A DNA stretch of 25,944 nucleotides from a virus. Lineage: Duplodnaviria; Heunggongvirae; Uroviricota; Caudoviricetes. Of the stretch, positions 8,835-17,684 are shown one piece after another (the first letter of the stretch is position 1; each line of letters opens with the position of its first letter). The stretch lies in IMG/VR virus record IMGVR_UViG_3300044296_000239; one strand, written 5' to 3'. Position numbers and translations under genes: made by a program. The notes below the pieces were generated by a model. That model had not been told where the DNA came from, searched no databases, and worked only from the letters and a program-made list of their open reading frames with translations.

Positions 8835-9308
8835 TTATGCTTGCACTAGTGTCTTAGTCCATTTAAAAGAAACATTTTCTTCCAAAGGAGTTACTAATAG
8901 TTGAAGTTGACTATCAACTATATCAACTGAAAATGTTGCAAGTTCAGATGATGTATACATTAAACCATATCTAGTGATATATGCAGTAGAACCATCATGC
9001 ATTATTAATATTTCAATTGTTTGAAAACCAATAACTGGATGAGTTGTCTGAATAACATATTTAGCAGATCTATAAACACTAGCATCAGTAGAATCAAGCA
9101 CTTGATTACTATCAAGATTACTTGTTTCGCCATAATTTGATACTACAGTACCAATCGATTGAGTTAAAACTACACCATCATCACGCTTTGTGAAGATATT
9201 AGCGTCAGCAGTATTAATAGCTAATTCTGCTTGATATAATGCTTCAGCAGAAGGCACTACATCATGCGTAGTATTCTTTTTTAGCGTTACAATAGTGCCG
9301 TTAGTCAT
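8835..9308 (-). CDS. Virion structural/tail protein (157 aa)
   Basis: N-terminal VTLKKN...P...L..AELAINTAD..IF.K motif (Mtd-N-like fibre anchor) plus YRSAKYVIQ...FQTIEILIMHDGSTAY..YG module common in T4-like virion proteins. Confidence 0.7.
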   Translation of the reverse strand: MTNGTIVTLKKNTTHDVVPSAEALYQAELAINTADANIFTKRDDGVVLTQSIGTVVSNYGETSNLDSNQVLDSTDASVYRSAKYVIQTTHPVIGFQTIEILIMHDGSTAYITRYGLMYTSSELATFSVDIVDSQLQLLVTPLEENVSFKWTKTLVQA

Positions 9309-9511
9309 TACTCTTTAATTTCTGATGGTTGGAATTCAGCGCTGCTGTCTTCTTTTTTCTGTTCTACTTCAAGTTCTTTAACACGTTCAGTGGCTAACGC
9401 TAATTGCGTCTCTAACATGATGATCTTATTCATCATGTCAGCAATTGCTCTTTGCTGTCTTTCAACAAACTTATTAACAAAATTTTGACTAGCTTCAACT
9501 TTATCTGACAT
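9308..9511 (-). CDS. Small coiled-coil hypothetical protein (67 aa)
   Basis: AGGA SD; heptad-like IIMLETQLALATERVKELE; stop overlaps the next start by 1 nt. Confidence 0.7.
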   Translation of the reverse strand: MSDKVEASQNFVNKFVERQQRAIADMMNKIIMLETQLALATERVKELEVEQKKEDSSAEFQPSEIKE

Positions 9512-9530
9512 AATATAGTCCTATGATTAA

Positions 9531-10922
9531 TTAATATGTGCCACAATCAATGTGGCTAAAAACTGGTAAACCAGATGAATTCATTTGAAGAACTTGACCT
9601 GTTGTATCTCCACCATTATAAGCACTAGTATTATCTCCAGTGATGAATGATGTATCACCATTCACGTCAACCCAAGGTACTGAGTTTGCAGTGAATACTG
9701 TGAAAGATAAATCTGTTAATAACGCATTACCAAAACGAACATTTGCTGGAGTACCAGAGAATGTATCATTTGTATTAGTTGCATCTTCAATGAATGTAAA
9801 ACGATTAGCCGATGAGTCATAACCAAAGAAACCTGATTTAGCGGATGAACCATCATGCCATCTAAATTCAATACCTTTATCAAGACCATCTGGTGCTGTT
9901 AATAAAGTTTCACTGCCTTGTGCATCTGATTGATAACCCAAGATAATAGTTGGATCATTAGATTTTGTAGATGCAGCATCAACAGTAGTTGTAACACCTT
10001 TAATTGTTAAGTTACCTTCAATAACAACAGAACCAGTATTATCTGTGCTACTAAAAGAAGGATCAAGATAAAGGATATCAGAACCAACTGATTCAATTCT
10101 GTTGTTGATAATTCTTGTACCAACTGGACTTCCAGCTGTTAAGTCTTGTGAGAAGTATGTAGAACCATCATTGTCAACACGCTGACGTTCTAAGCCGTCA
10201 GTAAAAATACGCAGTTGATTGTTGTTAGAGCCAGGAGTATTTTCTGCAGAGACGTATGTATTACCATCAATGTCTTGAACTCTAGCACCACCTAATGTGT
10301 TCCACGCTTGACCATCATAACCTTCAAACATGCCGAGTGTACTATTGAAACGAACCATACCAGCAAGCGGTGATGCATCACGTGATGATGTATTACCAAC
10401 TGGCATGCGAATAGCGTTTTGACTAGAAAACTGTACATAACCGGTTCCGCTTGGTTCAATGAAGATGTTTCCATCTGTACGTGTAGAACCTAGTGTATCA
10501 ACGTTGATGTATGTTAAGTCAACGGCTGATTCAAAGCGAATAGTACCTGTACCGTTAGCTTGAAGGATTAAATCTCCATTAGTTTCAGTAATAGAAATTG
10601 TATTACTATTTAAATTAATATTATCAATGTTTAATTCATTAATTTTACTTTCAGAATCAGTAATAATTGCTGAATTACCTGTTAGAACACCATTTTCATG
10701 ATCCAACATATCCATATAATACTTACCACCGATATGTACAATATCAGTAGCTTCACCAGCAACTTCAGTACCAGTACCAATATAAAGACGATCACCGCCA
10801 TTAGTTGATACAACACCTTGAATAGGTAATTGTTGTAAATAAGAATACGCTAACTCGCCTGTAGCAAGCGTACTTGGTGAGCCGCTATTGCCCGAGTTTT
10901 TAATTTTGATGATTGTTGCCAT
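9531..10922 (-). CDS. Tail-fibre-like virion structural protein (463 aa)
   Basis: MATIIKIKNSG...P..LATGELAYSY (Mtd-N-like), IGGKYY, MPVGNTSSR...GMVRFNS...FEGYDG.AW, DKGIEFRWHDG...GFFGYD, ends IDCGTY. All are typical phage fibre modules. Confidence 0.8.
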   Translation of the reverse strand: MATIIKIKNSGNSGSPSTLATGELAYSYLQQLPIQGVVSTNGGDRLYIGTGTEVAGEATDIVHIGGKYYMDMLDHENGVLTGNSAIITDSESKINELNIDNINLNSNTISITETNGDLILQANGTGTIRFESAVDLTYINVDTLGSTRTDGNIFIEPSGTGYVQFSSQNAIRMPVGNTSSRDASPLAGMVRFNSTLGMFEGYDGQAWNTLGGARVQDIDGNTYVSAENTPGSNNNQLRIFTDGLERQRVDNDGSTYFSQDLTAGSPVGTRIINNRIESVGSDILYLDPSFSSTDNTGSVVIEGNLTIKGVTTTVDAASTKSNDPTIILGYQSDAQGSETLLTAPDGLDKGIEFRWHDGSSAKSGFFGYDSSANRFTFIEDATNTNDTFSGTPANVRFGNALLTDLSFTVFTANSVPWVDVNGDTSFITGDNTSAYNGGDTTGQVLQMNSSGLPVFSHIDCGTY

Positions 10923-10925
10923 GGC

Positions 10926-11153
10926 TTAGTACTTTCCTCCGATAATCTTTGTCTTTGATCTTGGATGATCTATCGTAGCTGTTAATTTGAATTTTGCGGT
11001 ATCAGCATCATAAATCATCATCGCACCGTCTTCTAATTCGGTTGCGTCAACATCGTTTAAGTCAAGCAAGTTAAGAGACGTGATACCAAGCGCGAATGTA
11101 CGCACTGTAACTGGTGTGTCTAATCTAATTTTGGATTTTAATGCGACTGACAT
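10926..11153 (-). CDS. Small virion-region protein (75 aa)
   Basis: AAGGA SD; LNDVDATELEDGAMMIYD...KF...GGKY pattern, recalled as typically following the 112-aa gene type in T4-like phages. Confidence 0.7.
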   Translation of the reverse strand: MSVALKSKIRLDTPVTVRTFALGITSLNLLDLNDVDATELEDGAMMIYDADTAKFKLTATIDHPRSKTKIIGGKY

Positions 11154-11162
11154 CTGTTATCC

Positions 11163-11501
11163 TTATGAAGGTCTAGTTGCTCTAGGAGTTACTGTTATCT
11201 GTCCTTCAACTACGCGAATTACTGTGCCTAATTCTGCGTGGACAATTTCAATATCATAAACATAACGACCATCTTTTAATGCAGATGTTTGTGTGTTTGT
11301 TAAACTTAATTTAACTTCACCTCTATTAGTTGTTTTTGCACAGCCAATATTTGTAGATTGTAAAGATGCATAAGCTTTTCTAACTTGGCCGCGTACATTG
11401 TATGGGGCCAAATCAAGTGCATTACCGATAGAGTCTTGTACATCAAGAGTAGCTACAAAGTCTGAACCTTGATCGACAACTAAGTTAACTAACTGAGACA
11501 T
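11163..11501 (-). CDS. Virion structural protein, Ig-like/BppU-N-like fold (112 aa)
   Basis: NLVVDQGSDF...DL..Y.VRGQVRK.Y.S...G.VKLSLT..QTSALKDGRYVYDIEI...RVVEG.ITVTP..T, a widespread T4-like phage tail-region family. Confidence 0.8.
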   Translation of the reverse strand: MSQLVNLVVDQGSDFVATLDVQDSIGNALDLAPYNVRGQVRKAYASLQSTNIGCAKTTNRGEVKLSLTNTQTSALKDGRYVYDIEIVHAELGTVIRVVEGQITVTPRATRPS

Positions 11502-11533
11502 TTAATAAATCCAAAAAAAGTTATTTCTGGCTT

Positions 11534-11541
11534 TATTTATA
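11534..11541 (-). promoter_or_regulatory. T4-type late promoter TATAAATA
   Basis: Exact consensus in the 51-nt intergenic gap, 32 nt upstream of the ATG at 11501. Confidence 0.7.
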
Positions 11542-11552
11542 TGTTTCTCTGT

Positions 11553-11924
11553 TCAGGCATCTTCTGGAGGAGAACTAAATTCTAGCCATTTTTGATTAGT
11601 TTCATCCCATTCATAATAATGATCAGCTATATTGGGACACATTATAGGAGCTTCCCATGAAAATGTAGTAGTGTTTAAAACCCATGAAGGATAAAGTTCA
11701 GGCTTTGGAGGAATAAATGCATCTAAATCTTCATAATACTTAAAACCAATTCCTGCAAAGTTTGCTCTTAATGGAGTACCTCCATTAATATGAACTCCAT
11801 TCTTAGTGTTGTATGAAGTTTTAATCCATCTTCCAGGAACACTATCAATCACATTATCAGCACACTTAATAACATCTATTACAATATTATCATCATCTAA
11901 CTTAGCGTAATGTCCAATTTCCAT
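11553..11924 (-). CDS. Putative tail-fibre assembly-like partner of the Gly-rich protein (123 aa)
   Basis: HYAKLDDDNIVIDVI...WIKTSYN...RANFAGIGF.Y....DAFIPPKP..PSWVLN....WEAP...YEWDE...W pattern, recalled as following Gly-rich tail genes. Confidence 0.75.
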   Translation of the reverse strand: MEIGHYAKLDDDNIVIDVIKCADNVIDSVPGRWIKTSYNTKNGVHINGGTPLRANFAGIGFKYYEDLDAFIPPKPELYPSWVLNTTTFSWEAPIMCPNIADHYYEWDETNQKWLEFSSPPEDA

Positions 11925-11932
11925 ATTAAACC

Positions 11933-13132
11933 TTATGTTGGAATAACATATCTAATAAACACAATTCCAGAATCTCCATTTGATCCTGCTCTATATGCAG
12001 TACCTCCTGATTCGCCATGACCTCCAGAACCTCTACTAGTACCTTGACCAATACCATCTGAGCCAGCAGTACCATAATACGTACGACCAGCTCCACCCCC
12101 ACCAGCATAATATTCAGTAGTTCCATCGCGAGCAAAGTCAATACCTCTTCCAGGACCACCATTTCCAGCAGCGCGTGATCCAGCATTACCACCTGCACCT
12201 CCTGCTCCTCCTCCACCCCCACCAGCTGAAGAAGTTCCATTATCATATCCACTACCACCCCAATTACCTTCACCAGGAACTGGATTACCTGCGCCAGCTC
12301 TACCGCCTCCACCGCCACCGCCGCCACCGCCTGAACCACCATAACGACCCGCAGATCCACCATCACGTGAACCTCCACCACCACCGCCAGTGCATCCTAT
12401 TACACCATCAATGTATGAACTTCCGCCGTCAGAACCATTATTGCCACCGCCAGACCATGAGCCACCGCCACCAACTTGGACCCATCTTCCACTAAGATTA
12501 GCCGGAATAGTTACATTGTCCCATCTTAAACCGCCTGCTCCACCACCGCCACCACCATTACCGCCGCCGCCTCCACCACCAGCAACTACTAATACTTCGC
12601 ATGGAACATTCTTAGCAGTATAAATCCAATTTGAATAAGTAAATTTATGATAGCGATAACCGTTACGATCAAATACTGCATCTCCTCCTCGTACATAGTC
12701 ATTCAAAGCCAATACAGGAGTTGATGCAATAATTGGTCCAGCAATAGACTCTGTTCTAAATACTACTGTCCACTGTCTATTACCATCTGGAATTCTATCA
12801 GATACGAATTTTTTTGTAGTATTATAAGTATTATTAACTATATTTGCTGTTCCATCCAATACTTTATCTGTAAAGTCAGCGGTTGAAAGTGTAGTACCAC
12901 TCAACGTATTAACAGTCCAATACAGATTGGTACCATCGGGTAAACCAGTAGTATTAATTGATATTGAGATTGAATCGCCTTCTGTATATGACGATGCATT
13001 AGCAGTCACTGCAGCATCAAAATGCCATAACCCATCTTCCAAGAAGTTTCTAACTTCTCTGGCATTTCTAATACCATTACCATTAAAATATGTTGGTAGA
13101 TTTTTTTTACCAATTATTCCACCATTATACAT
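11933..13132 (-). CDS. Gly-rich tail protein with Calx-beta/Ig-like middle domain (399 aa)
   Basis: N-terminal GGIIG..N.PT...W anchor; EGDSISISINTTGLPDGTNLYWTV...DF...G...I (Calx-beta-like); C-terminal EVLVVAGGGGGG...GGGGAG...GDSGIVFIRY Gly-rich domain. Confidence 0.8.
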   Translation of the reverse strand: MYNGGIIGKKNLPTYFNGNGIRNAREVRNFLEDGLWHFDAAVTANASSYTEGDSISISINTTGLPDGTNLYWTVNTLSGTTLSTADFTDKVLDGTANIVNNTYNTTKKFVSDRIPDGNRQWTVVFRTESIAGPIIASTPVLALNDYVRGGDAVFDRNGYRYHKFTYSNWIYTAKNVPCEVLVVAGGGGGGGNGGGGGGAGGLRWDNVTIPANLSGRWVQVGGGGSWSGGGNNGSDGGSSYIDGVIGCTGGGGGGSRDGGSAGRYGGSGGGGGGGGGGRAGAGNPVPGEGNWGGSGYDNGTSSAGGGGGGAGGAGGNAGSRAAGNGGPGRGIDFARDGTTEYYAGGGGAGRTYYGTAGSDGIGQGTSRGSGGHGESGGTAYRAGSNGDSGIVFIRYVIPT

Positions 13133-13764
13133 TAAATAATACCTCTTTTAATAGTAACATTATCAATGTATCCACCCAAACCATAACCCCAAAATCCAAT
13201 ATTAGTTCCATTATTAAGAACAGGTTGAAAATCTCTATACTGATTTTCAGTAAACCAATCAATGCGTGCAGAATTATACATACGAATTCTAACATTAAAC
13301 CATGTATTTACTGGGGTTACAGGCCCTGAAGTTAACTCTCCGCCAACTTGTGTCCAACCTCTAGAGTATGATACACCAGTATATTTTCCTGCGCGTGTAT
13401 CGAATTTTAAATATGGTCCTTGGCCAGTTGTTGCGCACATAAAATTAACAGCAACAGCACTGTTTGTTGGTATATAAACATCAAATAAAAGAGTAGAATA
13501 TAATAAATTTTGTCCAGCAATTGGTTCTATATAACAATATGAATTACCACCAACATAAAAATTTCCATTAGATGAATATACTCCATTATTTGACCAACCT
13601 GTCATACTATCACATGGATTATAATAAATCGATTGGTTAATCCATTCATAATTAGTATTTTCAGTATATACTTGTTTCAAATTCCAAACACCACTAGCTC
13701 CATCGGAAGCAGAAACTCTGTTAAACCCGATATAACTACCTGGAAATTTGTTCCATTGAGACAT
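13132..13764 (-). CDS. Putative lectin-like (ConA/jelly-roll) tail protein (210 aa)
   Basis: N-terminal ASGVWNLKQV...W anchor motif; beta-rich C-terminus NTWFNVRI...IGFWGYG.GGYIDNVTI. TAATG overlaps at both ends. Confidence 0.6.
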   Translation of the reverse strand: MSQWNKFPGSYIGFNRVSASDGASGVWNLKQVYTENTNYEWINQSIYYNPCDSMTGWSNNGVYSSNGNFYVGGNSYCYIEPIAGQNLLYSTLLFDVYIPTNSAVAVNFMCATTGQGPYLKFDTRAGKYTGVSYSRGWTQVGGELTSGPVTPVNTWFNVRIRMYNSARIDWFTENQYRDFQPVLNNGTNIGFWGYGLGGYIDNVTIKRGII

Positions 13765-14123
13765 TACATAATACTTTCATACGAACAAGTCGCATGAAGA
13801 TAATTATTTGCAGAGGCAACAATACGAAGTGTATCACCCTCTTCCATATACACAGCTGCATCTTTTGATAACACTACAAGCGTTGAATTGGCTGGAACAT
13901 AAATTGTAGAAGCAATTCTATATTCAGTGTTGTTTCTATACATGTATACCGTAATTTGCGCAGCTGCACTGCCGTTAATGTTAGCTATAATAATACTATT
14001 GACTTTCAATAATTTTCCACTTGCAGCAGCATTTACCAAAAAGTCTTGAGGCGTAGTAGTGGGTGCAATATAAGCTGTTTTACCAGTAATATTACTAACA
14101 GCAACAATATTTGGTGCAGACAT
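13764..14123 (-). CDS. Conserved small phage virion-region protein (119 aa)
   Basis: MSAPNIV.V..ITGKT...SGKLLKVNSIIIANING...ASTI.VPANSTLVV..K....Y.EEGD.LR..AS, a very common environmental-phage family. GGAG SD. Confidence 0.8.
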   Translation of the reverse strand: MSAPNIVAVSNITGKTAYIAPTTTPQDFLVNAAASGKLLKVNSIIIANINGSAAAQITVYMYRNNTEYRIASTIYVPANSTLVVLSKDAAVYMEEGDTLRIVASANNYLHATCSYESIM

Positions 14124-14135
14124 CTTTTTCTCCGA

Positions 14136-14786
14136 TTATTCTTTTTGTGTGATGTATGTTCTGTTTAACATAGTATGATTGTGATCTGTTGGACCCCAAT
14201 CACCATCTGGATGGAAAGCGATAACTGTCATCTCTTCATCTTTTGTCATGAATCGATGTTGTTCTCGTTCTTCTATACAGAACATTACACCTTGTTTTAA
14301 TTCTATTTGTTCTTCATCATATGATTTCTTTATACAAGCATAACCTCTACCACGTACTACAATACCAAGTCTAATACTTGGATGAATATGGTATGATTGT
14401 TTTACTCCACTTGGAAAATGCAATAAGTTTAGTGATGGATCTCCCATTCTAGGAGGATACACTAATAAACTATCACTACAGTTATTAATATAAACCAATC
14501 TTCCAGTCTTTTCTATTGGACCACCAATAGTATTTTGTCCTTTATATCCCATTCGAGTAAAGATATACACTTCTCCAGAAGTATCGATAGATTCACTCTG
14601 TAAAGACCAAAAACAAAAATATTGTCCTTCTACTGCAACGCTACCATTTGGAAACTTTACATCTCCGCTCATCACATATCCATATATTGTTGAATATGGT
14701 TTTGTATGATAAAGGGCATTTACAACTTTTTCACCAATCGATGGATACATCGTATCCAAAGCCAAAATTTGGTTATTAATAATCAT
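14136..14786 (-). CDS. Cupin-fold putative metalloprotein (216 aa)
   Basis: Cupin metal motif 1 LHFPSGVKQSYHIHPSIRLGIVVRGRG and motif 2 LKQGVMFCIEEREQHRF...MTVIAFHP. ATGA overlap with the upstream gene. Confidence 0.7.
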   Translation of the reverse strand: MIINNQILALDTMYPSIGEKVVNALYHTKPYSTIYGYVMSGDVKFPNGSVAVEGQYFCFWSLQSESIDTSGEVYIFTRMGYKGQNTIGGPIEKTGRLVYINNCSDSLLVYPPRMGDPSLNLLHFPSGVKQSYHIHPSIRLGIVVRGRGYACIKKSYDEEQIELKQGVMFCIEEREQHRFMTKDEEMTVIAFHPDGDWGPTDHNHTMLNRTYITQKE

Positions 14787-15916
14787 TTCATCATATCCGC
14801 AAAAGTATTACTTTGGTTAATATATTCACTATCAGGAGTTGGAAACTCTTTTGTGAATGACATATCATCATTTAAAAACATGACGATTTCTTTTTGTTTA
14901 ACTAAATTAGTGAGACTACCAACTTTAGGTTTACTATAGTATGACTGATCTCCATTAAATGCTAAAATGTAATCCTTAATAATATATTTAACGCTTTCCT
15001 CTGTGTTTTTAACTAATCTATCACTATTATTCATAGCCCAAAGTTGAAATTGTTCAGGACAATAAAATGTAGTATAATTCTCTAATATTTTAATATTTCC
15101 AATTGTTTTAGAATATGGTAATACTCTAACATAAACAGATTGCCATTTATTAGTAAAATTAATCCACCATAAAAATTTATAAAGAGTATCAATTGGAATT
15201 GGTGCAGCTGCGCATAAATGCTTAAACATCTCCATATATTTTGGAGCATAAGGTTTATATTCATCTTGTAATCTACCAATCATCCATGATACTATTTCAT
15301 CTTCTGCTTTATTTAAAGGTTCGAACAGAAATTCATATGGTCTATATGATGAAAATTTACCAGTTACCTGAGATCCAAAACATTGATCTGCACATTCTCC
15401 AGAAATTAACAGAAAGTCATCATTACCCACAAAATATGGAAATCTAAAACTTGATACACATTCAAATTTTTTAACTACATAATTTTTATAAAAATTAGGA
15501 TTTTCTAAAATAGAATGATCACTTAATAATACAACAACATGATCTTTTAAATCTTTTTCAGAACAATTTTTTAATAATCCACATAGAATAGCAGTAGAAT
15601 CAATACCTCCACTATACATAACTGCTAGTTTTCGACCTGATTCTTTAACCTGATTCATCAATTCAATAGCACGCTCATCGATTAATTCACCAAAATCTCT
15701 ATCAAACTTTTTAAATTCAGGAAGCTTTAAATGATCCATAATATCAGTTTTGATGGGAGTAGTAAATGTATTTGTCCTATCATGAGTACTAATATTATTA
15801 GAGAATAATTGATAATATCCACGCATAGCATGGCCACCTGGTAATTTATTGCACGCATCATAATGAGCTGGATTTACAAATAAATCATAGCTATTAAAGA
15901 ATATAGTTTTTTTCAT
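14783..15916 (-). CDS. Asparagine-synthetase-like N-type ATP pyrophosphatase, synthetase domain only (377 aa)
   Basis: PP-loop VMYSGGIDSTAI (SGGIDS at 15596-15613) and LLISGECADQCFGS (15371-15403), corresponding to the AsnB SGEGADELFG motif. No N-terminal Cys glutaminase domain. Confidence 0.75.
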   Translation of the reverse strand: MKKTIFFNSYDLFVNPAHYDACNKLPGGHAMRGYYQLFSNNISTHDRTNTFTTPIKTDIMDHLKLPEFKKFDRDFGELIDERAIELMNQVKESGRKLAVMYSGGIDSTAILCGLLKNCSEKDLKDHVVVLLSDHSILENPNFYKNYVVKKFECVSSFRFPYFVGNDDFLLISGECADQCFGSQVTGKFSSYRPYEFLFEPLNKAEDEIVSWMIGRLQDEYKPYAPKYMEMFKHLCAAAPIPIDTLYKFLWWINFTNKWQSVYVRVLPYSKTIGNIKILENYTTFYCPEQFQLWAMNNSDRLVKNTEESVKYIIKDYILAFNGDQSYYSKPKVGSLTNLVKQKEIVMFLNDDMSFTKEFPTPDSEYINQSNTFADMMK

Positions 15917-16653
15917 AAGCTGCTGTATTGAGTGCTTTCAGTCATAAAGGCATTAAGAATCGATTTGAGTTGTGTAATATCATTATTGTCTCTAACAATA
16001 TACGAATACTTTAATCTAAAATTTTCAGTTTCTGCAAGTCTACTAGCCATAGTATCATGTTGAAACATGATACGTTTAGCAGATTCTTGAAGGGTAAGAT
16101 CATGCAATTCAGCATATCCAGTAGTAAAAGGATATTGTAATAAAGGATCAGCTTCTATATTATTTTCTATAATATATTTAGCTTCTATATACTTTGAAAA
16201 ATATATATTTTGTTGACTATCAGTTCCTTTAGTAATTAATCTTCTAAATCTATCAATCTCAGCTTGAATAACATCTAATAAAGCAATCTTCTGGTTTATT
16301 AAAATATATCCATGTAATTGTTCAATAGTTGCAATATTTGGAGAATCTACCCAACTATAACCATCATCACTAATACGCATTCTCCAAGCTTTATTTCTAC
16401 TAAAGATTGTACGTTGAACTCCATTTTTCATACTATCAAAAATATAAGAATATACAACTTGCTTATCAAAGGATGATAATGCTCTTACACTGCCTGAATA
16501 AACACCAACTCCAAAGATACGCTTATCAGTAACATCAACTAATATATTAGATTGCTTATTATTTAATGACATATCTAATAGTTTATCATTAGGATTAATA
16601 AAATACTGTAATTGTGTTTTATAATATTCATCAATTTCTAAATCTGTTAACAT
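15913..16653 (-). CDS. Hypothetical protein, paralog of 16655-17380 (246 aa)
   Basis: C-terminal 89 aa align without gaps to the neighbour with 37 identities (hand count). The Y..KY.EA...YP...YA...LQ..A..I...AE.EN.R pattern resembles fibre-assembly chaperone tails. Confidence 0.75.
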   Translation of the reverse strand: MLTDLEIDEYYKTQLQYFINPNDKLLDMSLNNKQSNILVDVTDKRIFGVGVYSGSVRALSSFDKQVVYSYIFDSMKNGVQRTIFSRNKAWRMRISDDGYSWVDSPNIATIEQLHGYILINQKIALLDVIQAEIDRFRRLITKGTDSQQNIYFSKYIEAKYIIENNIEADPLLQYPFTTGYAELHDLTLQESAKRIMFQHDTMASRLAETENFRLKYSYIVRDNNDITQLKSILNAFMTESTQYSSL

Positions 16654-16654
16654 A

Positions 16655-17380
16655 TCAATATTCTCTATCTGACATAAATTGTTCTACGATATCTTTTAAA
16701 TTTTCAATCTTGGTTTCATCTAAGATACGTTTAAAGTATTTTAATCTCATATTTTCATACTCAGCGACAGTTGCATTTCTATTTTCGTATTGTAGTTTAA
16801 TATCTCTAGCAGCATCTTGTAAGCTAGAATCAATAATCTTTGCATATCCATCAACAAATGGATATTGTCCATCCAATGCATCAACTACATCTGATTTTAA
16901 TATATCACATGCTTCAATATATTTGTAAAAGTATATTTTTTCTTGATGTCTTAAATATCGTGAAATATGTCTAGTATTTCTTCTAATTCTAGTGGTAATA
17001 AAATCAATTGCTGCTACTTTTTGAATATTTAAAATTGCATTATATAACTCTTCAGTATCTTTAAAATCATAAACTTCACGCCATTCTAAATTCACAGAAT
17101 CTGTATATACAAGTTGCCATCTCCAGCAATCATTTAAACCAAATTCAATTGGAGTATCATAGGTTGGTTCTTTTAATATTCCAAATGCATTTGGGTCTTT
17201 TTGAATATATCGTAATGATTTAAAGTATTGACTAAGCGCAATAATCCTTCCAAATTTATCATTACTCATTAATATTGCAAATTTCCCCCTAGTAGCAAGA
17301 TTCATGGATACATCTTCATCCCTTATAAAATAAGGATAAAGCGACATATAAAATTCCCATGATTCTTTTTTACTTAACAT
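16655..17380 (-). CDS. Hypothetical protein, paralog of 15913-16653 (241 aa)
   Basis: Long ORF coupled on both sides (TAATG overlap; 1-nt gap). Shares IYFxKYIEA, QYPF..GYA, ENxRLKY with the neighbour. Confidence 0.75.
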   Translation of the reverse strand: MLSKKESWEFYMSLYPYFIRDEDVSMNLATRGKFAILMSNDKFGRIIALSQYFKSLRYIQKDPNAFGILKEPTYDTPIEFGLNDCWRWQLVYTDSVNLEWREVYDFKDTEELYNAILNIQKVAAIDFITTRIRRNTRHISRYLRHQEKIYFYKYIEACDILKSDVVDALDGQYPFVDGYAKIIDSSLQDAARDIKLQYENRNATVAEYENMRLKYFKRILDETKIENLKDIVEQFMSDREY

Positions 17381-17682
17381 TAATATTTTACTGGAGGAGT
17401 ATTGTTTAAAATATAATCGTCAATTCTAGTTTTTATACTATTAATTACCGATGGATGCATATTGATATTATTATAAACTTCATTCGGCAAAAGAGTTGTA
17501 AATCTTACAAACACATCTTCTGCCATTGTACTTGGAACAATGCACAATATGTTTATTCCATCTTGGCCAACCTGATCAACAAATTTTTGCTTTAATACCT
17601 TATGAAAACGTACTTGTATTACATGATCAAGTTGTTCAAGCTGTTTTATTAGCTGTATTAAATTTTCATTATCAGTTAACAT
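17380..17682 (-). CDS. Hypothetical protein, paralog of 17685-18035 (100 aa)
   Basis: 26 identities in an 86-aa ungapped alignment with the neighbour (hand count); tight coupling. Confidence 0.75.
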   Translation of the reverse strand: MLTDNENLIQLIKQLEQLDHVIQVRFHKVLKQKFVDQVGQDGINILCIVPSTMAEDVFVRFTTLLPNEVYNNINMHPSVINSIKTRIDDYILNNTPPVKY

Positions 17683-17684
17683 AA

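Noticed and set aside
14783-15916. QueC / 7-deazaguanine DNA-modification cluster (SGGxDS enzyme plus radical SAM read as QueE)
   Set aside because: The rSAM has a SPASM domain unlike QueE, the ATPase has the AsnB-type SGExADxxFG motif and lacks the QueC C-terminal Cys zinc site, and no folE, queD or dpdA is in the window.
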